From positions 1-54,276 of the IMG/VR virus record IMGVR_UViG_3300044627_001883: 54,276 nt of DNA; one strand, 5' to 3'. Position numbers and translations under genes: made by a program. Shown piece by piece: positions 34,214-42,424 of the stretch (position 1 is the first letter of the stretch; the number at the start of each line of letters is the position of its first letter). A model generated the notes under the pieces. That model made no database searches. It was not told the DNA's origin and worked only from the letters and a program-made list of their open reading frames with translations. This DNA is from a virus. Taxonomy: Duplodnaviria > Caudoviricetes.

Positions 34214-35920
34214 ATGCAGAACACCTCCCCACTCACCAAATCAACCATCGCCAATGCCAGGCCCAGCTCCAAGAAATACTGGATGCGGGACGGCAAGGTG
34301 CCGGGCCTCGGCGTGCTGGTCCTGCCCTCCGGAGTGAAGACCTGGTATCTGCGCTACGACACCGCTGCTGGCCGGGAGCGGCAGCACAAGATCGGCCGCG
34401 CTGACACCCTCTCGCCGGAGGTGGCCCGGGAACAGGCGCACAAGCTGCTGGGTGCCGCGGCCAAGGGGGAGGACCCCACCACCGCACGGCAGCAGCTGCG
34501 GGCCAGCCCCACCCTTCGTGAGTTCCAGGCGCTTCTGGAGCGCCGGCACTACTACACGATGGCCAAGGGCACCCAAGCCAACTACGAGGTCATCTGGCGC
34601 CTGCATGTGCTGCCCTTCATGGGCGGGATGCGGGTGGCGGAGGTGACGCCCGCGCACATTGCCGACCTGCTGGCCCACAAGCGGCAGACCGGTGGGACGG
34701 AGTTCAACGTCACCAAAATCCGCATGATGCTCAGCGCCGCCTTCAACCTGGCGGAGACATGGGGGCTGCGGCCGCAACACGCCAATCCATGCCGGCTGGT
34801 GAAGGTCCGCCAGGACAAGGCACGCCGCAGGTACTTAAAGCCCGCTGAAACCGTCCGCCTAGGCCAAGCCCTAGACCAGTGGGCGAACACGCCTCAGCGG
34901 TGGCTTTTCGCGTGCCTCGTGCGCCTTCTGCTTTTCACTGGCGCCCGGCTGCGCGAGATCATGGAGTGCCGCTGGGAATGGGTGGACCTGGATGCTGGGC
35001 TCATCTCCATCCCCCCAGAGCACCACAAGACCGGTGGCCGCACGGGTGACGACCGGCTGATCCACCTGCCGCCTGAGGCCGTGGACATACTGGGCCAGCT
35101 CCGCCGCTTCTCTGACAGCGCCTGGATCATCCCGGGGCAGGATCCGTCCAAGCCGTTCAATGGCTACCGCCGACTCTGGCTTCAGGTGCTGGAGGTCGCG
35201 CAGATCAAGAACCTGCGCGTCCATGACCTGCGCCACAGCTTCGCCTCCTACGCCATCAGCTACGGCGGACTCAACCTGCCGGCCGTGGGGCAGCTGCTGG
35301 GGCACACCAGCGCCGCCACCACCAACCGCTACGCACACCTGATCACGGAGGCCGCAGCAGCTCACGCCGCCAAGACCACCAAGCTGATCACCTCAGCCCT
35401 TGCTGGCGGTGACAGCCTGATCCCCGTTGTACCGGCCCGTGACCGCATAGCTCCGCTCCACCACGCCGGAGATCAGGTGGAAGACCATCTGGCCAATCTT
35501 CATCCCCGGCCACAGGCGGACGGGGTGGAAGCGCCTGGCATTCTGGAGCTCCAGGGTGAGCCGGCTGCCGTTCCACCCTGGGTCGCAGTACCCGGCCAAG
35601 AGGTGCTCCAACCCCTCCCGCGCACGGGAGCTCTTGAGGACGAACTGCCCCGCGACGTGCGGCGGCAGGCTGAAGGTCTCCAAGGTCTCAGCCAGGACGA
35701 ACTGCCCGGGCATCAGCAGGAACGGATCCTCAGCCGTGCGGTCGGCAATGGAGTGGATCTGGAGACACTCGTGCTCCTCTTGCTCCACCAGCAGACGCTC
35801 CCCCAAGGTCAGGTCCAGGGAGGCGGGGTTCAGGAGCTCCTCGCGGAACGGCTTCACCAGGCCGTGCTGAAGGCACAGGCGGCGGATCTCGTGGTCAGGA
35901 AGGATCATGCCTTGAGTTGA
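34214..35920 (+). CDS. int: Tyrosine integrase (core about 393 aa plus a C-terminal read-through extension)
   Basis: N-terminal arm-binding domain; TGARLRE, HKTG, HDLRH, LGH and TNRYAH. Confidence 0.92.
   Translation: MQNTSPLTKSTIANARPSSKKYWMRDGKVPGLGVLVLPSGVKTWYLRYDTAAGRERQHKIGRADTLSPEVAREQAHKLLGAAAKGEDPTTARQQLRASPTLREFQALLERRHYYTMAKGTQANYEVIWRLHVLPFMGGMRVAEVTPAHIADLLAHKRQTGGTEFNVTKIRMMLSAAFNLAETWGLRPQHANPCRLVKVRQDKARRRYLKPAETVRLGQALDQWANTPQRWLFACLVRLLLFTGARLREIMECRWEWVDLDAGLISIPPEHHKTGGRTGDDRLIHLPPEAVDILGQLRRFSDSAWIIPGQDPSKPFNGYRRLWLQVLEVAQIKNLRVHDLRHSFASYAISYGGLNLPAVGQLLGHTSAATTNRYAHLITEAAAAHAAKTTKLITSALAGGDSLIPVVPARDRIAPLHHAGDQVEDHLANLHPRPQADGVEAPGILELQGEPAAVPPWVAVPGQEVLQPLPRTGALEDELPRDVRRQAEGLQGLSQDELPGHQQERILSRAVGNGVDLETLVLLLLHQQTLPQGQVQGGGVQELLAERLHQAVLKAQAADLVVRKDHALS
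35393..35908 (-). CDS. dcd: dCTP deaminase
   Basis: LNPASLDL, KSSRAREG, AGYCDPGW.G.LTLE and IGQMVF. Confidence 0.92.
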   Translation of the reverse strand: MILPDHEIRRLCLQHGLVKPFREELLNPASLDLTLGERLLVEQEEHECLQIHSIADRTAEDPFLLMPGQFVLAETLETFSLPPHVAGQFVLKSSRAREGLEHLLAGYCDPGWNGSRLTLELQNARRFHPVRLWPGMKIGQMVFHLISGVVERSYAVTGRYNGDQAVTASKG

Positions 35921-36069
35921 GAGGCGAGCCAGCGCCTGGCGTGCTCTTCGGAATAGGTGAAGAGTACCTCGGGGTTGCGCGTGGCCATCCACACCGTCAC
36001 CCCGGTGTCCAGCCTGGTCAGTTGCATCAGGCCCGGTTCAACCTCCCGGGCCACGGCTCGCATATTCAT
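35905..36069 (-). CDS. Small hypothetical protein
   Basis: 54 aa, overlap-coupled to the endolysin and dcd. Confidence 0.5.
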   Translation of the reverse strand: MNMRAVAREVEPGLMQLTRLDTGVTVWMATRNPEVLFTYSEEHARRWLASQLKA

Positions 36070-37157
36070 CAGTAGTCCCAGCGGACGCGGGGGCGACCTT
36101 TGCGAATGCCCAGGTGGACGAAGCCCTTGGGAGCTCCGTAGCCCAAGCTGTACGGCCAGAACTTATCGCACCACGCCTGAAGCGTGTAGATGTCCACTCC
36201 GTCAATCAGGAAGTCCACCGCTCCCACTCCGGGAGCGTCGTAGAGGTGCTCTGATCCGCTGGCCCCACCCACTGAGCGGTTGATGGCGGCCGGACGGTAG
36301 CCGGAGGTGATCTGGACAGCCTTGCCGCCAAACTCACGCCGCGCACGCTCCATGAATGCGGCCAGCTCCGCTGCGGTGTCCACCTGATGCTGATGCCGGA
36401 AGCGCCGCGCCTCCTGATCCAGCGCGAACTCGCCCAGGCGGATGTGCGGGGTGATCCTTGCGGTGAACGGAGATGACGGGGACAGCTTGGAGGGGACGGG
36501 TTCCGCCTTGGGCAGGCCCTGCCCCCACAGGTTGCCCTCCGCCTCCCTGCGTCGGCGCAATCCAGCCTCCACGGACGTGCCGGGGTTGCGGTACAGCAGC
36601 ATGGCCTCCGGCACCCGTGCCCACTCCTTGTCGCGGAGCCGTGCGGTGATGGTCTCAAAGCCTGCTGCGCCGTAGAAGCCGGCGCCCAGGTTGTAAGCAA
36701 AGCTCACCAGTGCGCACCGCTGCGGGGTGCTCATCTCCCGCCAGTGCGGGACCGTGGCGGCCAGCTTGGTGGCAATCTGCTCCGCTTCACGCCGCAGCAG
36801 GCTCTCAGCGTCCACCGCGGTCAGCTTGTCGCCCCGCTCTACCTTGCGCCCGTCTGGGTAGCGCGTGGTGCCGTAGCCGATGGTGGCCACTGACCAGCCG
36901 TGAAGCGGGTCCGGATAAGCCTCCAGGTGGCAGCCCTCAAAGGACTTGATCAACTGGACGGCTGGCCCCAGGTCCACCTGCTTGCCGCCTTGCGACCAGA
37001 TGCCGAACCATGCCCGGTCACGCCGCATAGCGGTGTCGTACCCATTGGCCTTCAGGTCTGCTTCCAGCTCCGGAATCGCGGCAAGCTGATGAGGCAGCGC
37101 ACGCCAGAACCTGAACAGCTGGTCCAGGGTTACGGGAGCTTCGTTGCTCATGCTCAA
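36069..37157 (-). CDS. Endolysin: phage lysozyme (GH24) plus peptidase M15 domain
   Basis: FEGC.LEAYPD...TIGYG and GLRRRREAE; then SGYR...N..VGG...SEH...AVD...FVH. Confidence 0.9.
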   Translation of the reverse strand: MSMSNEAPVTLDQLFRFWRALPHQLAAIPELEADLKANGYDTAMRRDRAWFGIWSQGGKQVDLGPAVQLIKSFEGCHLEAYPDPLHGWSVATIGYGTTRYPDGRKVERGDKLTAVDAESLLRREAEQIATKLAATVPHWREMSTPQRCALVSFAYNLGAGFYGAAGFETITARLRDKEWARVPEAMLLYRNPGTSVEAGLRRRREAEGNLWGQGLPKAEPVPSKLSPSSPFTARITPHIRLGEFALDQEARRFRHQHQVDTAAELAAFMERARREFGGKAVQITSGYRPAAINRSVGGASGSEHLYDAPGVGAVDFLIDGVDIYTLQAWCDKFWPYSLGYGAPKGFVHLGIRKGRPRVRWDY

Positions 37158-37339
37158 CGCTTAGCGAGCGGGGTGATGATGCCGGCCAGGATCTCCAGCG
37201 CCCGGTATGAGCGGACGCCCAGCTTGCGTGCCGTGCTCAGCGCCTCGTTGTCCTTGGGCGTTGGGGTGAGATTGACGATCACCACAGCAATGCCGTGGAT
37301 GGCAACGATCAGCGCAACGTAGTCAGCAAAGCGGTCCAT
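37154..37339 (-). CDS. Holin-like membrane protein
   Basis: Hydrophobic 61 aa with NLTPTPKD, next to the endolysin. Confidence 0.55.
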   Translation of the reverse strand: MDRFADYVALIVAIHGIAVVIVNLTPTPKDNEALSTARKLGVRSYRALEILAGIITPLAKR

Positions 37340-37362
37340 GGTGGAGCCCTGTCTGCCCCAGG

Positions 37363-37650
37363 CTACCGAGTTGGCGTCAAGACGGGTGCGGTGGGCTGAG
37401 TGAGCTGCAACCGGGTCCGCTCCGCCAGGAAGGAAATGATGGATGGAAGGATCAAGCTGGCCAGCACCGCAATCAGCACCACCTGCGCCATGCGGTTCTC
37501 CAGCAGGCCCAGCCTTCGGAACATATCTGCCTTGTCCTGGTCGTCCTTAGTGCGATGGAGGATCAGGCTGTCCATCTTGCCCTGGAGTACGCCGAGCTCC
37601 CGGTAGATCTCAGCGTGGGATACCTCGCGCTCCATGGGGTCCCTGCTCAA
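37363..37650 (-). CDS. Single-TM coiled-coil protein of the lysis cassette
   Basis: LG.L.GKMD coiled coil followed by a hydrophobic segment. Confidence 0.55.
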   Translation of the reverse strand: MSRDPMEREVSHAEIYRELGVLQGKMDSLILHRTKDDQDKADMFRRLGLLENRMAQVVLIAVLASLILPSIISFLAERTRLQLTQPTAPVLTPTR

Positions 37651-37799
37651 CCCTCAGATCCTATCGACGGATGGGGGAGAGGATCAGGCAGGCCGCGCAT
37701 GATGGCAACGGCCCGCCTGTAGTACCAGTTGTCGGTCTTGCCTGCCCGCTCCAGCGCATCCTTGATCTTGCGCCAGTTCTCGCGGGTTTCGGCGTCCAT
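37647..37799 (-). CDS. Small hypothetical protein
   Basis: MDAETRENWRKIKDALERAGKTD..YRRA, recalled from cyanophages. Confidence 0.6.
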   Translation of the reverse strand: MDAETRENWRKIKDALERAGKTDNWYYRRAVAIMRGLPDPLPHPSIGSEG

Positions 37800-37951
37800 T
37801 ACCGGCCCTGCCCGCGGTATCGCTTCCGGCGACCGTTTCGGGATGTTGCGCTCAGCAGGCTCCGGACGGAGCTGCCTTGCCGTGTCTTCTTGGGAGCACC
37901 GGGAACATGCCCGGTGCGTCCCAGGGAGCCGGTTTTAGCCTTCGTCGCCAT
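37799..37951 (-). CDS. Small basic protein
   Basis: PKKTRQG...KRYRGQGR, recalled from cyanophages. Confidence 0.6.
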   Translation of the reverse strand: MATKAKTGSLGRTGHVPGAPKKTRQGSSVRSLLSATSRNGRRKRYRGQGR

Positions 37952-38171
37952 CGCCCTCTGCGGCAGGCTCAACCACCACGTCAGTGCTGACGGTGCAGTT
38001 CTCCAAGAAGCCGATCAAGCCGGAGCCGGCGGACTGGACCAGCAGGTTGTTGCCGGTGGCGCGGGCGACGGCGTAAGCCTCGATCAGTTCAGTCAGCTGC
38101 TGCTTGGGGTCAGGCATTGGTGTCCTCATTGGCGGTTGGAGTATAGGTCCAGCCGATTGCAGTGGCGTCAT
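37935..38171 (-). CDS. Hypothetical protein
   Basis: LIEAYAVARATGN; true start probably internal. Confidence 0.5.
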   Translation of the reverse strand: MTPLQSAGPILQPPMRTPMPDPKQQLTELIEAYAVARATGNNLLVQSAGSGLIGFLENCTVSTDVVVEPAAEGDGDEG

Positions 38172-38310
38172 CCGGACGCCCGGTGAGTTCCACGTACAGC
38201 TCGGCGTCGGCTTCGGTGAAGGTATCTGTGGTGTCGTCGTCGTAAGTGAGGACGATCTCCTTGGGTTCGGTGATGTAGGTGTAGCTGATGATCTGCTTGG
38301 TCATGATCAA
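38110..38310 (-). CDS. Hypothetical protein
   Basis: Coupled to the tail fibre stop. Confidence 0.5.
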   Translation of the reverse strand: MIMTKQIISYTYITEPKEIVLTYDDDTTDTFTEADAELYVELTGRPDDATAIGWTYTPTANEDTNA

Positions 38311-41300
38311 ATCCGGTACGAGAAGGACAGGCCGCAGGAGCGGCTGGTGCCGGTGGTCGTGGAGCGACCGATGAAGGCCACGACCGTCGTACTGCCAACC
38401 GAAACAACCCTGCCGTTAATGGTATTGCCGTCGTCCCCGGCAACACCGTGAGCCTGCGTTGTATTGGCGAAAGTAGCCGGAGCAATCGGCAAGGTGATAC
38501 GCAGTTCAAAGTTTGCGGTGCTGCTGCTTGGCGTGAGCGAAACCGTGCCACAGATGGACACGATGTTGCCGACCCTTTGGTATTGGAAATTGCCACTTCC
38601 AACGTTGCTGGCGGAGATGTTGGCGGTGTTGGTGAGTGTCGGCGTGTAAGTGCCGCTTGTTACGTTAGTGAGAGTGCTGGTGTCGTGGTTGTGGCTGTTA
38701 TCGCTTACTTGAGCACTTATCGTGAATCCGGTTGAAAGGTCAGCGTTGACGCTTCCCGACAAGTCTCCAGTCAGTTGGAATGTGCGGGAGCTGGAGAGTT
38801 TGGTTGCTGTGGCCGAGTTGCCAATGCAACTTCCTGAGTCACCGGAAATGTTGCCCAGGATGGTTGACGTGGCCGCGTTGAAAGCCAGCGTCCCGAAGCC
38901 GGCAGTGTTGATCCGCAGCTGACGGTTGCCCGCTGCGTTTGAGTTGACCATCGGGATGTAGAACGTGCCCGTGCCGGTGGCGTCCTGGATGGTCGAGACC
39001 AGCGTGGCGGAGGCTGCGTTGCCGGAGCAGGCGGATGCAGTTGTCGCGGTTGCCGCGTTGCCTGAGCAGCTGGAGGAAGTTGCTGCGTTGCCGCTGATGC
39101 TGGTCGCCAGGACGTTTGTGCTGGCGTTGTAGACCAGTCCGGCGTCGGTCTTTGCCGCCTGGTTGCCGGTCGCCGCCTCCGCAAACAGGACGTAGTTAGT
39201 GGCCGCTGTACCGGCCGTGAGCGCCACGTTGCTGGCGTTGGTCGCGGAGCCTGCGCTGCCTGTGACCGAGATGCCCCAGGTGCCGGAGGCGTTGGCGCCC
39301 GTCGTGCTGGGCGCACCGATGGTGTTGTAGCTGACGGTGAGCGCCGTGCCGCCGTTGTATGTGCTGCCGGAGGCTCCGCCGGCTCCACCGTTATTGAAGG
39401 TGATTGAGCTGGCAGAGGCGGTTGCAATGGTGATGTTTGCGGTGCCGTCGAACGCCACGCCGTTGATCGTGCGGGCGGTCGCCAGTGCCGTTGCGGTTCC
39501 AGCATTGCCGGTGACACTGATGCCCCAGGTGCCGGTGGCGCCAGTGCCGGTTGTCGGCACCATCGTGCCGCTCACCAGCGTGACGCTGGCATCCGGAAGA
39601 GTGATAGTCCGGTTGGCGGTCGGTTGCCCCGAGAAGTCGTGATAGAACGTGCCGGCGGAGTTGTAGAGCCGGAGGTTGCCGTTGGTGTCGAACGCACCGG
39701 CCAGGGCTCCTCCGGTGACGATTCCCAACAGGTCTGCATCGGCGGAATACAAGCCCGTGTTGGTGTCGCTGTTGAACGCCAGGGATGGCGTGCCAACTGA
39801 GCCCGCACCGAGCTGGACCTGCCCGTTGAAGAAGTTGGGCGCAGTTCCGCCCATGTAGCAGTTCCAGTTGCCGGTGCCGGAGGCAATGTTGCCGAAGAAC
39901 CCGTAGTCGTTGGTGGCGCCGTCAATGGAGGAGCTGGCGACGAAGCCGTACTGGTTCGTGATGGCCGTGCTGGCGCCCAGAGTGCCGGTGCCGGCTTGGA
40001 AGTGGATCAGGCTGGCCAGCGTGACGCTCGCCGCTGTGCCGATGCCGCTCTGATACCCAACCGCCGAAGTTGTGACATCGGCCTGCACCGCACCATCGGT
40101 CAGGTTCCCCCAGGCTGTTGTGCCTCCGGTGATGCTCTTGGCGTGGCGGAACCCGACGTTGGCGTTGGTGCCGGTGGAGCCCAGCGCGAGACCATCAGCG
40201 GCAGTGATCCGCAGCGCCTCCCCGCCAGCACTGGCGAACGCCAGCACGCCCGTCGCCGGACGGAACAGGCCGGTGCCGGCCTCTCCCACCGCAATACCCG
40301 GAGCCGAGACGGTGCCCGCTGCGCCAATCAGCGCACCGCTCAGCGTGCCGCCGGTCAGGGCCAGGTTGCCGGAGGCGGTGCCGGTGAGGCTGGCTGTGAT
40401 GGTGCCTGCGCTGAAGTTGCCGGAGCCGTCACGCGCCACCACCTTGCTGACCGTGTTGGCGCTGGTGGCGTCCACCGCAAAGGTCCGGGCTACGGAGCCG
40501 TCGTAGGTGCCCGTGGACGTGAGGTAGGTGCCTGCCGTGAGCGGGTTGGTCAGCGCACCAGATGTGATCGTGATGTCGGCGGAGCCGTCAAACGGCACGC
40601 CATTGATGGTCCGGGCAGTGGCCAGCTTGGTGGCGGTAGCGGCGTTGCCGCTGATGGAAATACTCCAGGTGCCCGTGGCTCCGGTGCCGTTCTTCAGCGG
40701 TGCGTCATTGCTGATCTGCGCCAGCACAAATGCCGTGGTGGCCAGCTGCGTCGTATTGGTGCTGACTGCCGCCGTGGGCGCCGCTGGAGTACCCGTGAAC
40801 GTGGGGCTGGCCAGCGGAGCCCGGCTGGTGTCCGTTGGGTGAACGTGATCACCGCGTGCAAACTCCAGCGATGTGCCCACCTCCGCCGTTCCAGCCATCA
40901 GTGGCGTGCTGTCGGCGCCCTGGCTGATGACGAACGCCGTGGTGGCGATCTGCGTGGTGTTGGTGTTCAGCGCCGCTGTGGGAGCCGTAGGAGTGCCGGT
41001 GAAGGCAGGTGACGCCAGCCCGGCATACGCCTGTGCCCGGACGTAGGCGGTGGTGGCTACCGCTGTGCTGTTGTCGTTGGTGGCCGGAGTGGTAGCCGTG
41101 GCCGCCGCCAGCGCAGTGGTGCCCGTGACCGCCAGCGTGCCGCCGATGCTGGCGTTGCCGGTGGTGCTCAGGCCCGTCAAGGCGTAGGTGGTGGTCAGCT
41201 CCGCCCAGGCTGACCCGCTCCACTTCTGCCAGCGGTTCGCGCTGCTGCTCCACCGGATGGCGCCCGTAATCAGGTTGCTGACCGTCTGGCCGTCAAACTG

Positions 41301-41387
41301 CTTGGCCAGGTCCTCATCCCGCGCCTTCAGCTCCGCCAGGAAGTCGGTGTAGAGCGACGTGAGGGTAGGGTTGCTCCAGTTGGCCAT
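38307..41387 (-). CDS. Tail fibre protein
   Basis: Thr/Gly/Ala-rich; repeats LASP.FTGTP.APTA..TNTTQ.ATTAFV and GNA.TAT.LATARTINGV.FDG.A.ITI. Confidence 0.85.
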   Translation of the reverse strand: MANWSNPTLTSLYTDFLAELKARDEDLAKQFDGQTVSNLITGAIRWSSSANRWQKWSGSAWAELTTTYALTGLSTTGNASIGGTLAVTGTTALAAATATTPATNDNSTAVATTAYVRAQAYAGLASPAFTGTPTAPTAALNTNTTQIATTAFVISQGADSTPLMAGTAEVGTSLEFARGDHVHPTDTSRAPLASPTFTGTPAAPTAAVSTNTTQLATTAFVLAQISNDAPLKNGTGATGTWSISISGNAATATKLATARTINGVPFDGSADITITSGALTNPLTAGTYLTSTGTYDGSVARTFAVDATSANTVSKVVARDGSGNFSAGTITASLTGTASGNLALTGGTLSGALIGAAGTVSAPGIAVGEAGTGLFRPATGVLAFASAGGEALRITAADGLALGSTGTNANVGFRHAKSITGGTTAWGNLTDGAVQADVTTSAVGYQSGIGTAASVTLASLIHFQAGTGTLGASTAITNQYGFVASSSIDGATNDYGFFGNIASGTGNWNCYMGGTAPNFFNGQVQLGAGSVGTPSLAFNSDTNTGLYSADADLLGIVTGGALAGAFDTNGNLRLYNSAGTFYHDFSGQPTANRTITLPDASVTLVSGTMVPTTGTGATGTWGISVTGNAGTATALATARTINGVAFDGTANITIATASASSITFNNGGAGGASGSTYNGGTALTVSYNTIGAPSTTGANASGTWGISVTGSAGSATNASNVALTAGTAATNYVLFAEAATGNQAAKTDAGLVYNASTNVLATSISGNAATSSSCSGNAATATTASACSGNAASATLVSTIQDATGTGTFYIPMVNSNAAGNRQLRINTAGFGTLAFNAATSTILGNISGDSGSCIGNSATATKLSSSRTFQLTGDLSGSVNADLSTGFTISAQVSDNSHNHDTSTLTNVTSGTYTPTLTNTANISASNVGSGNFQYQRVGNIVSICGTVSLTPSSSTANFELRITLPIAPATFANTTQAHGVAGDDGNTINGRVVSVGSTTVVAFIGRSTTTGTSRSCGLSFSYRI

Positions 41388-42424
41388 CAGACTCCTCGGG
41401 CGCTCCAGCTGAACGGTCCGCTCACCCGGTTGCCGCTGGTGTCAAAGAGAAGCACCTTGAAGCTCGTCGGGAAGGGGGCGTCCAGGAAATCATAGATGGC
41501 AATTCTGGGCGTAGTCCCGGAAGGTGTCACGCTGATTGCCTCCACGTCAACGAAGTCAACGCCGAAGTTCACGGTGGTTCCTCCCGTATCTCCCGCGTTC
41601 GCTGTGCCTGTTCCAAAGTCATTCCGCAGCTTGGAGTCCAACCGATAGTTGAGGTTGGCCAGCAGCATCAGGTCATCACCGCCGGCACTGTTGAAGTCGT
41701 ACCGGAACTTGATGTAGCGGAAGTCAGTGGCGTAGACCTGATCCACGCCGTCGTAGTCGGTCCAGGGGTCCGTGTTGAGCTTGCGGACGCTGAGCTTGGG
41801 CACGACGCTGAATGATCCAGCTACCACGGTGCTGGTGAGTGTTTGAGTCACCTTGCTGGAGCCGATCACAGCTCCGTAGTCCACAACCTCCTCGTAAGAG
41901 GCGGTGGTGGTAGACGGCATGATCCAGCGGGAGTAGCCGGCATCAATCTGGTCTTGCGGGCTGTCCCAGCTGCGGGTGGTGAAGTGGTCCTCGTATGTCT
42001 CGGTCAGGTTCACGCCCAGCAGCACGAAGCCGGCTTCATTGAAGGTGGCGTTGACTCGCGTGCCTGACCATGTGGTGTTCTGGTCCAGCCTCAAGAAGTA
42101 GTCAGGAGGCTGGCTGACCACCGCCGAAACGCTGCCCGGAGTGCCGTAGTTACCTGCGCTGTCGATCCCCGCCAGCCAGTAGGTGTAGGTCCCTCCGGTG
42201 GTCTCAAAGACGGACGTGAACCGGCCGGACTTGGTGCCAATCAGCGCAGCACCTTCCCACGTCACTCCCCGCCGCAGTTCGTAGGTGTCGATGGGGAGCG
42301 TGGTAGTGCAGTCGTTCCACCGCAGCAACACGCTGTTGTCCACCACCTGCTGCGTGATGAGCGGTTGCGACGGTGCCAGCACCGTTACGTCAACTGATAC
42401 CTCTTCGCCCAGTCCGTCGCTCAT
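41387..42424 (-). CDS. Tail tip-associated protein (FN3-like continuation of the J-like gene)
   Basis: Begins with the same FN3-like repeat found in the upstream J-like protein. Confidence 0.65.
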   Translation of the reverse strand: MSDGLGEEVSVDVTVLAPSQPLITQQVVDNSVLLRWNDCTTTLPIDTYELRRGVTWEGAALIGTKSGRFTSVFETTGGTYTYWLAGIDSAGNYGTPGSVSAVVSQPPDYFLRLDQNTTWSGTRVNATFNEAGFVLLGVNLTETYEDHFTTRSWDSPQDQIDAGYSRWIMPSTTTASYEEVVDYGAVIGSSKVTQTLTSTVVAGSFSVVPKLSVRKLNTDPWTDYDGVDQVYATDFRYIKFRYDFNSAGGDDLMLLANLNYRLDSKLRNDFGTGTANAGDTGGTTVNFGVDFVDVEAISVTPSGTTPRIAIYDFLDAPFPTSFKVLLFDTSGNRVSGPFSWSARGV

